From: Promethearchaeota archaeon
GTDB lineage: Archaea > Asgardarchaeota > Lokiarchaeia > Sigyniarchaeales > SOKP01
Assembly: GCA_018238625.1 (NCBI GenBank)
Contig: JABCSY010000006.1
Coordinates: forward strand, 1 to 64,000
Direction: 5' to 3'
Length of the DNA: 64,000 nucleotides
Every line of letters begins with the position of its first letter. Positions within the stretch are counted from its first letter, which is position 1. The position numbers were made by a program, and so were the translations under genes. Below the pieces are notes generated by a model. The model was not told where the DNA came from. It saw only the letters and a list, made by a program, of their open reading frames with translations, and searched no databases. Positions 39,959 through 50,309 of the stretch are shown one piece after another.

Positions 39959-42781
39959 TTAATAGTTATTCTCAAGCTCAAGTTTTATCGTTACTATTAT
40001 GTGCGGTTCCAAAGTTAAATCAAGATGATTCCCTTTACTTGAATCAATTTTTGCCTTAATGTCGTTTTCTGGCTTTTCTTCCAAAAAGTTTACAATATCC
40101 GCACTTTTGATGGAAGTTTTTTCGTGTAATGTTAACCTAGCTTTTTGAGTGGTTGGAGTGATGTTGTAGACTCTAACAACTAAAAACTCTCCTTCCTCCG
40201 ATTTCTTCAAAGCGCTAAGCATCACATTCCTGTTATCGATTTCAAGAAAGCTTAATTCAGCGGGTAAATAAGGTTTTAACGGTTGAGTAGGTGCTGGTTT
40301 AAAATATGAGATGATTCCAACAGGTGCTAGGATAACTTTATTCGAAGCTCTCATTGATGTTCTAACTATTGAGGGAACCACCACCTCAAAAGGGTTGTTA
40401 AATTCTTTACTTTTTATGTGAACGCTCGAATCTAACCAATTAGACTTGTTTCCTTCGACGACGAGAGAAAGTTCGAAAGTATGCTTGCCAAGACATTGAG
40501 CTTCTGGAGTATTTAGGTCTGGACCGGCGTTACTCCTTCTCGAGGCAAAATCGCCTCTTGAAAGCCATTCAATACACCGCAGTAATGTAATAGCCAGCGA
40601 AATAGTTCCATCTTTGTTTATAACTGCTTCGTATTCGGGTAATCCTTTGTTTATAACCGAAAAAGTTCTTGATGCATCGTTAACAGACACAAAGTCTTTC
40701 TGATGGTTAGTAGGTAAAGGCTGTTGGGCCCACCCTTCAGACTCTGGCATCTCAACATCTCGCGAAATGACGTAAAAATGACCGTCGGATTCTACTTTTT
40801 TAGATTTAATATTTGAAGGAAAAATTACTCGTATTCGATGGTCTTTACTATTGTTTTCTAATTCAATCTTAAAATCAATTCGTTTAATGTCTTTATATAC
40901 CGTTATATAGATATCAATTAAGTTTGAAATTAGATATTCGTCTCTACTATATCTATCATCGGTTAAAGAATTAGGCAAATTGATGTTTGCTCGTATTTTT
41001 ATCGTTTTTTGGGTTGCCCCGTCTAAAAACGGTGTTATTTCTAGAACATTCAGATCTTCTGAGGTGAATTTTAGATCAGTTTGATTATCATATGGTCCAG
41101 AAAAGTCATATTCGTCCCCCCAATCTCCTACATCTTCAAAATAACAAATATTTTCGTACAAAGTTTTGCTTTCCTTATCTAAAACATCGATTTTTCCTTT
41201 AAAACTTATGTCGATTTTGAAAAACTGATTTTCTAAGCTATTTATACCTAACTTCAATTGTTCGCTCTTTACTACAGATTCTTCTGGTTTTTCTCCTGGT
41301 ACGATATAATAACACCTGTATCCACAAGCAGGAACCTCGGCTAAGAACGAACAATAATAACTAATCGAACCAATAATTCGATATCTTGGTTCTTCGTTGA
41401 TTTGAACGTATTGGTATGAGATCTCGTTACCTTCAGAGTCGAGAATTTTGAAAGCGTCTGGATTTTTAAATCCAGCTTTTTTAGTCATAGATATAATGTT
41501 AATATTTGCGATATCTTTTCGTTTCCAAGGAAGAGGATTAAATACTACGATCGGAATTTTATTCTCGTCTTCCTCAACTGTGATCAAATCGTATAGATAC
41601 AATAATGAATTTTTAAACACTTCAACACCGATTTGCTCCGCCCAATCAAACCTAGTTTTCATTTCTCTATGAACTTGATCAATAGAACAGCCACATATGC
41701 TATCGTGGGGGTGGTTTTTAATAAGCCATTTTAAACCTGTGAGCATATAAGCTTGAGGGTAATTAAAATTTTTATATTTATCGAGAGACCATATAATTGT
41801 TGATAAGGGTTCTGTATATTTTTCGTACAGATATTCAATTGCTGTGTTTCTCTGTTTGATCCACATGCGAGCTGAAAATACTCCTGAAAGTAGATGAGCG
41901 TACTTTCCCCCTCTTAATTCGCCTTTGAACTGTTTTAACTCTGGATTACAGCCTAATACTTTATCGATGTAATATTCAAAATCGTTTTGTTCTAAAAGTT
42001 TCTCGGGATACATTTCGTTCCATTGTCTGACTATTTCAGGAATTTCCGATCGAGCTTCATGATGATCTGAACCGCTATTCAGAAGAACATAAGGTGTAGC
42101 TGTGAATTTTTCGAACTTGGAAACAACCCTTTTTATCTTATGAAGCGCTAGTTTATATTTTCCACTTTTTTTTGATAAATTAAGATCAGCAACCGAACCG
42201 TAGCTCTGCTTTAAAAATATTCCTAAAATAGAGCTAGAATCTCCGGGGGAATTCCAAATAAATTCAATGTTCAAGTTGTTTTCTTCGAATTCGTTACCAA
42301 ACCCTCGCCAGAATAAAATCGAAGGGATTTCAAATCCTTGAAGTATTTGAGGTAATTGAGCAATGTGGCCAAATGGATCAGGGATATAGCCTGCCTTCAT
42401 AACCCTTCCAAATCTTTTAGCAACTTTATGTCCAATTATTAAGTTCCTAATTAGAGATTCGCCACTTACCAAAAACTCATCTGGTAAAATATACATAGGG
42501 CCAATCGAAAGCCGCCTTTCTTTTACGTATTTTTTTATCTCATCTTCAAATTCAGGTCGAACTTCAAGATAGTCTTCTATCGGAATCGTTTGTCCGTCAA
42601 GAGTGAAGTTTTTATAATTTGGGTCGCTTCTTAGGATATCTAAGAGCTTATCCATCATAAGAACTAGTCTTCCTCTATACTCTTGAAACGGGAGATACCA
42701 ATCATGCTTTATACATCAATTGTATAAAGTTTCACGGTCCCAATGAGTTTCAGGAACTATAATTATGTTATTAGCTTTCAC
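39959..42781 (-). CDS. GH38 alpha-mannosidase, split gene: complement(join(39959..42700,42731..42781)), 930 aa
   Basis: Exon 1 (GTG)KANNIIIVPETHWDRE joins WYLPFQ to give the GH38 HWDREWY motif. Also LDGQ, GPMYILPDEF, PDPFGH, HPHDSICGCSID. Confidence 0.9.
42701..42730 (-). other. Putative 30-nt BHB-type intron in the GH38 gene (contains an in-frame TGA)
   Basis: CGTG AA^A CTTTATACA ATTGA TGTATAAAG CATG AT^T: 4-bp central helix, two 3-nt bulges, perfect 9-bp intron stem. Confidence 0.85.
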
Positions 42782-42900
42782 TTTAATTACTTGATTTTAT
42801 AATTTAATAATAATAATTGGAATTAATTTTACTTAATATTACATATCTTTTTGAAAATATTAAGATAAAAGAAGAAAAAAAATCAGATTTTCTTTTGTAA

Positions 42901-43761
42901 TTATCTCATTGAAGATTCTTTACTATCTATCTTTAAAGGATTTGTTAAAGGTTCAGTAATTCCAATTTTTTTTGCTATTTTTTGTATGTATCTCTTTCTA
43001 TGTTTTGCTGTGATATCTAATATAACAAATGCTGGAACAGCCATGACAATTAATAAAAAAGGTAATAATGGAATTAGAAAAACACCCGGATTAATGTCAA
43101 CAACTGCCAATGTATCAATTGTAAACTTCGCATAAATAAAAACAATAGAAATTCCTGCATATCCTTTTAGGATGTAATTATACCAACCTCCCACGCTCCG
43201 TACTTCTATAGGGTCTCGTATCCCGTTTACTTTTTCTTTATTTGTAAAGACAATCCCTCCATCAAGTAAAAACCAAATTGGTGAAAAAAGACCCATGGAT
43301 ATTCCAAACATTAAAGGAAGAATTGTCACAAGCGTCACCAAGGGAATTTTTAATTTGTCACTTACCTCTACTACATAAGTTGGAGATAATATTATATTTT
43401 GAACCCATTCAAACTGTGAAAACATTAGCGCAAAATTTATCGCCATGAGTGTTGGCCAAATTGCTTTAAAACCAATCTTTACTTTAAATGGCTCAGGTCG
43501 GTCTTGGATTCCATATTTCATCCTAATTCCTAAAGTATATTTATGAACAATTAGAAAAATAGGACCTAAGATATATCCTATAAAAATACTTCCAATGATC
43601 CCCGCAATTGCTGACATCCAAAATATGTAATACATTTGAAAGCCTAAATGATCTGGTAATAATTGAGTATACCCTGGAGAATCAACGAAAATTGTAAGCG
43701 CAAGAACTCCTAGCACGACTGAGAAAACAATTAGATGCTTTTTATAACTAATTTCTGACAT
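42901..43761 (-). CDS. Multi-pass membrane protein of unknown function
   Basis: Several hydrophobic helices. Confidence 0.6.
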   Translation of the reverse strand: MSEISYKKHLIVFSVVLGVLALTIFVDSPGYTQLLPDHLGFQMYYIFWMSAIAGIIGSIFIGYILGPIFLIVHKYTLGIRMKYGIQDRPEPFKVKIGFKAIWPTLMAINFALMFSQFEWVQNIILSPTYVVEVSDKLKIPLVTLVTILPLMFGISMGLFSPIWFLLDGGIVFTNKEKVNGIRDPIEVRSVGGWYNYILKGYAGISIVFIYAKFTIDTLAVVDINPGVFLIPLLPFLLIVMAVPAFVILDITAKHRKRYIQKIAKKIGITEPLTNPLKIDSKESSMR

Positions 43762-43872
43762 TTTCTAATCTAGATTTGTTTTAATTTAATTAAATGGAAT
43801 AGGGTTTTAAGGTAAAAAAGGATTACAAATTATTTTGACTATATTGTTAAAAAACTGTTTCATTAGTTAAGA

Positions 43873-45393
43873 TTAATACTTAAAAACAGATTTTCCAACA
43901 ACGCTGAAATGTGGTTTTTCGCCTAATAAATCTAAGAGCGTCGGAACCATATCCGTCGTTTTACAGTACGATAACTCCGTTGAGGGGATGTTTGGAGACC
44001 CTCCTATGATGAATGGCACAGTCATCGACTTTTTAAGTCCTATATCGTGAGTATATGGAGAATAAGGTTTAGATTCCCCATGTTCATAACCAAATCCATA
44101 TTCGCCAATCGTGGATATCATAATATCGCAAGAACGCGGATTTTTAAAATATCGAGGGATTTGATCTACTATCATCGGAAAATCAATTTTATTCGTTCCT
44201 TCTAACCACTCATCAATATTGTGAGCTTTATTATCTAAAAGCGCAGCGGATTCCTCGTAAGCTTCGTATTTGTATAAATCGCTTTCATCAACGATATATT
44301 TTGTTCGTTGATTTTTTCCATGACCCTCATATTCAATAATGTTTTTTGAAATTTTTCCTGATTTCTCGTTTAGATGTTCCACATATATTCTCCCTTTGTC
44401 AGGTGTGTTATCGTCGTCGCGGTAATACATCAATTTCACGCCCGGAATCTTCCATAAAGTTTCAAATAAATTCAATTTAGTCTTTCCTAAACCGCTTGGA
44501 ACAAATTCTTTTAATTGGTTAGTAGTCGGATGATGATGCCAATCTTTCCCTGGAAAGTTGAAAAATCCAACTGAACCAAAGCTAACGTCAAAATCACCAA
44601 TTCCTTTTCTAGGTAAGTATTGCATTAAACCCAATTCTTTAAAATAAGGTTCAACGTCATACAATTTTTCAGTTTTATAGTTTCCATGATCTGAAATAAT
44701 TCCAATCGCAGTTGAATCAAAATACCCTTTTTCCTTTAACATTTTAATTATTAGGCCAATAGATTCATCGCATTTAATAATTTCATTAATGTATTGTGGA
44801 TGAGAAAACCCTTTTTTATGCATAAGGTCGTCTGTTTTGGGGATATAAGCAACGCTTACTTTAGGTACTTCTTTGTTTGAAAAGATTTTTTTAGGATCTT
44901 TATATATCTCTTCAACCCCCTTTAATATCGATTGAGTGGTGTATTCTACTGGGGGAATTAATACCGATCCTCGATTAAAAAGGTTCAACGAGCTTAAAAA
45001 ATTACCTTCTCCTGCTTGTTCAAAAATAGTTCGACAATTTGGTCCTAAATCATTGTTAAATTTTAGGATATGGCTTCCCTTTCCGCCATTTCGGATAATT
45101 GGAAATTTCTTTCCTTCTGATGGCGGGTCTGTTCTGCCAACCCAATGATACATTGGTATACCACTTCCTTCTATAGGATAGTATCCCGAATAGGCTCCAA
45201 GAACTATATTAGTGTAACAAGGATATGTAATACTCGGAAAAGAAGTAGTACAATTTTGGCACGAGATTCCACTCTCAGCAAGTTGAGCTATATTTGGTAG
45301 CTTTCTTTGCTTAATTAAATCAAAAAGGTGGGACGCTCGGACATCATCAATAACGATTAAAATTACTTGATTAACTAAACTATTTCGAGGCAT
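43873..45393 (-). CDS. Alkaline phosphatase superfamily (nucleotide pyrophosphatase/phosphodiesterase)
   Basis: LIVIDD, FPSITYP, DDLMH, ISDHG, DMVPTLL. Confidence 0.85.
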   Translation of the reverse strand: MPRNSLVNQVILIVIDDVRASHLFDLIKQRKLPNIAQLAESGISCQNCTTSFPSITYPCYTNIVLGAYSGYYPIEGSGIPMYHWVGRTDPPSEGKKFPIIRNGGKGSHILKFNNDLGPNCRTIFEQAGEGNFLSSLNLFNRGSVLIPPVEYTTQSILKGVEEIYKDPKKIFSNKEVPKVSVAYIPKTDDLMHKKGFSHPQYINEIIKCDESIGLIIKMLKEKGYFDSTAIGIISDHGNYKTEKLYDVEPYFKELGLMQYLPRKGIGDFDVSFGSVGFFNFPGKDWHHHPTTNQLKEFVPSGLGKTKLNLFETLWKIPGVKLMYYRDDDNTPDKGRIYVEHLNEKSGKISKNIIEYEGHGKNQRTKYIVDESDLYKYEAYEESAALLDNKAHNIDEWLEGTNKIDFPMIVDQIPRYFKNPRSCDIMISTIGEYGFGYEHGESKPYSPYTHDIGLKKSMTVPFIIGGSPNIPSTELSYCKTTDMVPTLLDLLGEKPHFSVVGKSVFKY

Positions 45394-45479
45394 AATTAAA
45401 TTAAAAATATTATTTTAGTGGATAAATTCGCAATACATTAAAAAATTTTTTTATCGAACGCGATTACGGTTACTTTTAT

Positions 45480-46820
45480 CATTTTTCGCAAAAGAAAACA
45501 CGTTCCTTTAGGGATGCGATGAATTTTGCATCACTAAAAATTGAACCTCTTCTTCTTTAAATACAAGAAAATAATAGATTAACCAATGCAACTCGTTCGA
45601 CAAGTTCAATTCAAACGATCAAATCTCTTGGACGAGATAACTTTTCTTTCAAAAAACTTGTTTAACGTTGCCACCTACACGGTTCGACAACGGTTCTTCG
45701 TGGATCGTCATTGGGCTCGATATAACGAGTTATGGAAATTGCTAAAAACTCACGAGGCGTATAAAAAGCTTCAAGAGACGTGCGGTTCTCATCCGCCACA
45801 GCAAGTCCTTAAACAAGTAGATCGAAACTTCAAGAGCTTTTTTAAAGCGATTAAAATATGGAAAAAAGAACCGTCTAAATTTCAAGGAATGCCAAGGCTC
45901 CCACATTACAAACGTAAGAACGGTCGTAATTTGGTCTATTTCACTTCATTACAATGTAGGTTGAAGGACGGTTTTGTTTTACTCACGAGAAAGATGGAAA
46001 GATTAGGCTTTCCGAAAATAAAAACGGATCTCGAAAGCGTGAAAGGAGTTCGCATCGTTCCTTTCGGGGATCGATATAACATCGAATTGATCTACGACTA
46101 CGAGCCACTAGACTTGTACTTGAACGAGGATAACGTGTTAGGGATCGATTTAGGACTTAACAACATCGTAACTGCGTCAGATAACGTTGGAAACAACCCA
46201 CTGATTATCAAGGGCGGTGTCGTGAAGTCGATCAATCAATTCTATAACAAGCAATTAGCCAAATACAAATCATTCAGCAAGATTTGTAACGACACCGAAT
46301 TGACTAAGCGCATCTTGAAGCTTCATCGAAAGCGAAACAATAAAATTAGAGATTTTTTCCACAAAACTTCGAGAAAAGTAATCAATTACTGCATTTCTAA
46401 CGATATAGGAACGATAATCATCGGGTATAACGAAGGTTGGAAGCAAATGATCGCGATAGGGAAGAAAAACAACCAGAACTTCGTTTCCGTGCCATTGTTA
46501 AAACTCGTTCGGCAAGTAGAATACAAGTCCGAGATGGTTGGAATTAAAGTGGTGAGAATCACCGAAGAATATACTTCGCAAACGTGCTCTTCGTGTGGAG
46601 TCGTACGCAAGTCAAACCGCAAGTATCGCGGTCTATATGCGTGTAAAGATTGCGGAGTTGTTCTAAACGCCGATGTGAACGCTTCAAGAAACATGATACA
46701 GAAAGGAGTCCCTGAGTCCAAGTGGTTAGGGGATAGAGGATGCTTGAACCATCCATTAGTGTTAAAAGTTTAACGACTCTTAACCTGCGAATCCAAGCCC
46801 TTTAGGGTGTGGTAGTTCAA
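45480..46820 (+). mobile_element. IS200/IS605-family (IS1341-type, tnpB-only) insertion element; ends approximate
   Basis: Subterminal hairpins CGTTCC-TTTA-GGGATG (left, inside GCAAAA/TTTTGC) and GCCC-TTTA-GGGT (right), ending GTTCAA; locally higher GC; no tnpA. Confidence 0.75.
45586..46773 (+). CDS. tnpB: RNA-guided endonuclease TnpB
   Basis: GIDLG (RuvC-I), EEYTSQTCSSCG...CKDCG zinc finger, NADVNA (RuvC-III). Confidence 0.92.
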   Translation: MQLVRQVQFKRSNLLDEITFLSKNLFNVATYTVRQRFFVDRHWARYNELWKLLKTHEAYKKLQETCGSHPPQQVLKQVDRNFKSFFKAIKIWKKEPSKFQGMPRLPHYKRKNGRNLVYFTSLQCRLKDGFVLLTRKMERLGFPKIKTDLESVKGVRIVPFGDRYNIELIYDYEPLDLYLNEDNVLGIDLGLNNIVTASDNVGNNPLIIKGGVVKSINQFYNKQLAKYKSFSKICNDTELTKRILKLHRKRNNKIRDFFHKTSRKVINYCISNDIGTIIIGYNEGWKQMIAIGKKNNQNFVSVPLLKLVRQVEYKSEMVGIKVVRITEEYTSQTCSSCGVVRKSNRKYRGLYACKDCGVVLNADVNASRNMIQKGVPESKWLGDRGCLNHPLVLKV

Positions 46821-46871
46821 TCAAGCGTGATTCCAAAAAGTTTTTGATGTTTAAAATATTTAATAAGACAA

Positions 46872-47972
46872 ATGAGTGAAGCAATTGAAAGAAATTTTAT
46901 TGTGGGAATCTTAGGGGATAATTTTGATATTAATAATCTAATAGGACAAGCGTTAGGTTCCCCCGGAACAAAATCAGATATTCTATTTTACAATCGCTTG
47001 GATGTAAGCCTAAATCAAGTGTTTTGTGGGCTAACTCCTATTGACTATCCCGAAAAAATTAAACCGCTTTTACAAACTCTAGCAATATCTAATATTCATT
47101 GTCTTGTAATAGATTTAAATGTGGGGTTAAATGCCTCTATTGGAGAAATATTAGTTGGAATGGATTTATTTTATCAACTCTTTAAAACTAAAGCTTTAAT
47201 AGTGATAGCTGGGATAAACTCGAAAACAGAGTGGAAGCTGCCTGAGATAAGAAAGAAGCTCGAAGCAATTTTGGAGAGCACTAGTTTGAACAATACAGAA
47301 ATATTCGAGTTAAAAATCAAAGAGGATTACGAAAATTTAAAGAAGAAAATTATTGATCTTGGCATTAAACTTCTGGAAAAAGAGCCAAATTCCGAAGAAA
47401 ATACTAAGATATTAATCGATCACGTGTTTCCAGTTAAAGGAATTGGTACTGTGATACTTGGAATTGTAAAGCAAGGAAAGGTTCAAAGCGGTCAAATGCT
47501 CGAAATAGTAGGTTATGAAGCAGCAGTAAAAAAAGTAATAATTCGAAGCATACAGAAACACGATAGAACTTTTAAGGTCGCCTACGAGGGCGATCGAGTA
47601 GGTCTTGCTTTAAAGGGAAATATTTCACCCCATGATGTTAGTCGAGATAATCTTTTAGTTAGTCCTGGAGTTTTTAAACAAGAACTTGAAATAAAAGCTA
47701 AGGTTTTTATAAATCAGTATTATGCGCCCAAAGGGGGAATAATAAAACCCGGCGATGGAGTTCAGTATTACGGTTTAGTAGGCTTAAAATTATCTCCTCT
47801 CAAATTTATTGAAGGCCAAGAATTAACTCCCGGTAAGAGCGGAGTCGTCAAGATTCTTTTTGATAAAACAGTAGTTCACGATGCCGAGGGACTTAAAGGA
47901 ATTATTACAGAATTAAATCGCTTCAATAATAAGCTACGCATTGTAGGATATTTTTTGCAAATCGAGGACTAA
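46872..47972 (+). CDS. SelB-like/EF-Tu domain 2 protein with degenerate G-domain
   Basis: IDHVFPVKGIGTVILG, IRSIQKHD, GDRVGLALKG; no intact GxxxxGK. Confidence 0.75.
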   Translation: MSEAIERNFIVGILGDNFDINNLIGQALGSPGTKSDILFYNRLDVSLNQVFCGLTPIDYPEKIKPLLQTLAISNIHCLVIDLNVGLNASIGEILVGMDLFYQLFKTKALIVIAGINSKTEWKLPEIRKKLEAILESTSLNNTEIFELKIKEDYENLKKKIIDLGIKLLEKEPNSEENTKILIDHVFPVKGIGTVILGIVKQGKVQSGQMLEIVGYEAAVKKVIIRSIQKHDRTFKVAYEGDRVGLALKGNISPHDVSRDNLLVSPGVFKQELEIKAKVFINQYYAPKGGIIKPGDGVQYYGLVGLKLSPLKFIEGQELTPGKSGVVKILFDKTVVHDAEGLKGIITELNRFNNKLRIVGYFLQIED

Positions 47973-47980
47973 GAATTCAA

Positions 47981-48907
47981 TTAAGTTTTATACTTATTAA
48001 TTTTTAAATTTTCTAAAATCTTTTTCATGAGCTTATACAACACTCCTTCTTCAAACGATTCTGTAGCGACTACTAGTGATTTAAGATTTATATTAGGTAT
48101 ATCAAGCGGTACCATTAGCATTCTGAGTATTTTATCGTCTACATTTATTAAATGTGTTTCTCCATCATTAAGATCTATCGTTTTTTTCTTTTGAGTTAAA
48201 TGGTAAAAGATTCGATAAGACTCATAAATTAAATTAATATCGAAATCATTAGATTTTGATTGGACAATTATACCATTATTATAATCTGTAATATAACAGA
48301 TCGATTTCGAAAAATCCCTAACGCTAACATCGAGAGATTTTTTAAGAGAAAAAGTTTTATCGGAAAATTTACTAAGGATTTCAGAAAAAGCATTATGAAT
48401 ACTATAAACGAATTCTTCATCTATACTCGTGAAATAAAGCAAATGTTCCATAGGTAAGTTGATGATACTCTGAATTTGGTATGTAAGTATTTTAACATTA
48501 TTTCTAATAGCCTTTGGAATTAGATCGATTTTATGAAAAATTATCATCAGTTTTGTTTCTTTATTAATCCTTTTAATAATATTATGTACTTCTTTAATCT
48601 CATCAGCGATTTCCTGTGAATTACTTTGCCAATTATCGTAATCAAAAATATAAATAACAGCGGCGGCATTTCCAAAAGCAATAATTTGTTCTGATTCTTC
48701 TTTCAGTAAACTATCTAATTCTTGTCCAGAAGTATCAAAAACGCTTAACTCTAAATCTAACCAAGAATAGTTTGATGTTTCTATTCCTCGAGTTGGCTCG
48801 AGAGAATGAACTAAAAGCTCGTTGGGGTCCCCACCCTCAAATATAATTCTTTTTAATGTTGATTTTCCTACACCCGCTCTTCCTAATAATAATAGTTTTC
48901 GTGCCAT
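47981..48907 (-). CDS. Rag/Gtr1-like small GTPase with C-terminal roadblock-like domain
   Basis: GRAGVGKS, EPT, DTSGQE, HKID. Confidence 0.8.
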   Translation of the reverse strand: MARKLLLLGRAGVGKSTLKRIIFEGGDPNELLVHSLEPTRGIETSNYSWLDLELSVFDTSGQELDSLLKEESEQIIAFGNAAAVIYIFDYDNWQSNSQEIADEIKEVHNIIKRINKETKLMIIFHKIDLIPKAIRNNVKILTYQIQSIINLPMEHLLYFTSIDEEFVYSIHNAFSEILSKFSDKTFSLKKSLDVSVRDFSKSICYITDYNNGIIVQSKSNDFDINLIYESYRIFYHLTQKKKTIDLNDGETHLINVDDKILRMLMVPLDIPNINLKSLVVATESFEEGVLYKLMKKILENLKINKYKT

Positions 48908-49097
48908 AAAAGATCATCTTGTTATTTTAGATTTTCATTTATTAAATAGGATATTCCAATAGTTAAGCAATGACAATTTTTATATTTAAATTTAAAGAAA
49001 AAATAGATTGATAAATATTCATTAATTAAAAGTTTTAATAAGTTCGAAGAGCTAAATATAAGCAATAAAATGCATATTAAAGATTACTAATTTTATA

Positions 49098-50171
49098 ATG
49101 GAAACTGTTCACAAATTTTTTTTTAAGAATTCTTCTGATATGAGCGAAGTAAAATCAGATACAATTGATTTGGTAATAACTTCGCCCCCCTACCCTATGA
49201 TAGAAATGTGGGATAAGTTATTTTCAACGCTGAACGAAGATATCCAACAATCCCTTCAAGAGGGAGACGGTTATAGCGCTTTTAATCTTATGCATGAAGA
49301 GTTAGAAAAGATTTGGAAAGAAGTTGTGAGAGTGGTAAAACCGGGGGGAATTGTTTGTATCAATGTTGGAGATGCTACAAGAAATATTAATAAAAATTTT
49401 CAACTATTTACTAACCATGTTAGGATAACTACTTTTTTTCAAAACAATGGATTTATAGTTTTACCATGCATTCTATGGAGAAAACCAACAAATAGTCCTA
49501 ATAAATTCTTAGGCTCAGGTATGTTGCCAACAAATGCATATATAACCCTTGAACACGAGTATATATTAATTTTTAGAAAAGGAGATAAAAAAAGGAAGCT
49601 GTCTCCTGGCCTAGAGCATAGATATAATAGCGCTTATTTTTGGGAAGAAAGAAATAAATGGTTTTCAGACTTGTGGCCAGATATCAGAGGTATGTCCCAA
49701 AAATTGAGTAGTATAAATGAAAATAAAAAAATAATAAGAGAAAGATCAGCAGCTTTTCCTTTAAAGCTACCATATAGATTGATTAATATGTTTTCTATTT
49801 ATGGAGACACGGTTTTAGATCCTTTTTGGGGGACAGGTACAACGACTTTCGCTGCGATGGTTTCTGGGAGAAATTCTATTGGGTACGAGATTAATTCTGA
49901 GTTTTTAGAAGGCTTTAAAATCAATCTTAAAGAACTAAAAAATACGACTAAATCGATTAACAATAACCGAATTAAAAATCATATTGAATTTATAGAAAGT
50001 TACAAGAAATCAGGAAAGGAGCCTAAATATCTAGCGAATAACTATAAGTTTCCTGTTATCACAAAACAAGAAATTGAAATTTTATTATTTTCCATAATAA
50101 ATTATATCGAAAATAACAATGAATTTACTGTTAACTATAGTAAATTTGAGTTAGAACAAAAAGATAATTGA
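49098..50171 (+). CDS. N4-C/N6-A DNA methyltransferase (beta class)
   Basis: TSPPY precedes VLDPFWGTGTT. Confidence 0.9.
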   Translation: METVHKFFFKNSSDMSEVKSDTIDLVITSPPYPMIEMWDKLFSTLNEDIQQSLQEGDGYSAFNLMHEELEKIWKEVVRVVKPGGIVCINVGDATRNINKNFQLFTNHVRITTFFQNNGFIVLPCILWRKPTNSPNKFLGSGMLPTNAYITLEHEYILIFRKGDKKRKLSPGLEHRYNSAYFWEERNKWFSDLWPDIRGMSQKLSSINENKKIIRERSAAFPLKLPYRLINMFSIYGDTVLDPFWGTGTTTFAAMVSGRNSIGYEINSEFLEGFKINLKELKNTTKSINNNRIKNHIEFIESYKKSGKEPKYLANNYKFPVITKQEIEILLFSIINYIENNNEFTVNYSKFELEQKDN

Positions 50172-50309
50172 TATACTCAAACATCGAATATCTATCCTTA
50201 AATAAACTACATAAGCAGTAATATAGCCATAGCAAGTCCCAACTCTCGCGGAGAATTCATCAAATAACTTCCCTAATTGGGCTTTTTTATTTGAATCATT
50301 AAATAGGAC

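Noticed and set aside
42716-42718. In-frame TGA in the GH38 gene as selenocysteine
   Set aside because: It lies in a 10-codon insertion that breaks the HWDREWY motif, not at a Cys-equivalent position; an intron explains it better.
47751-47763. GGCGATGGAGTTC resembling the 5' end of a fluoride riboswitch
   Set aside because: It lies inside a CDS (GDGVQ) and the downstream pairing elements are missing.
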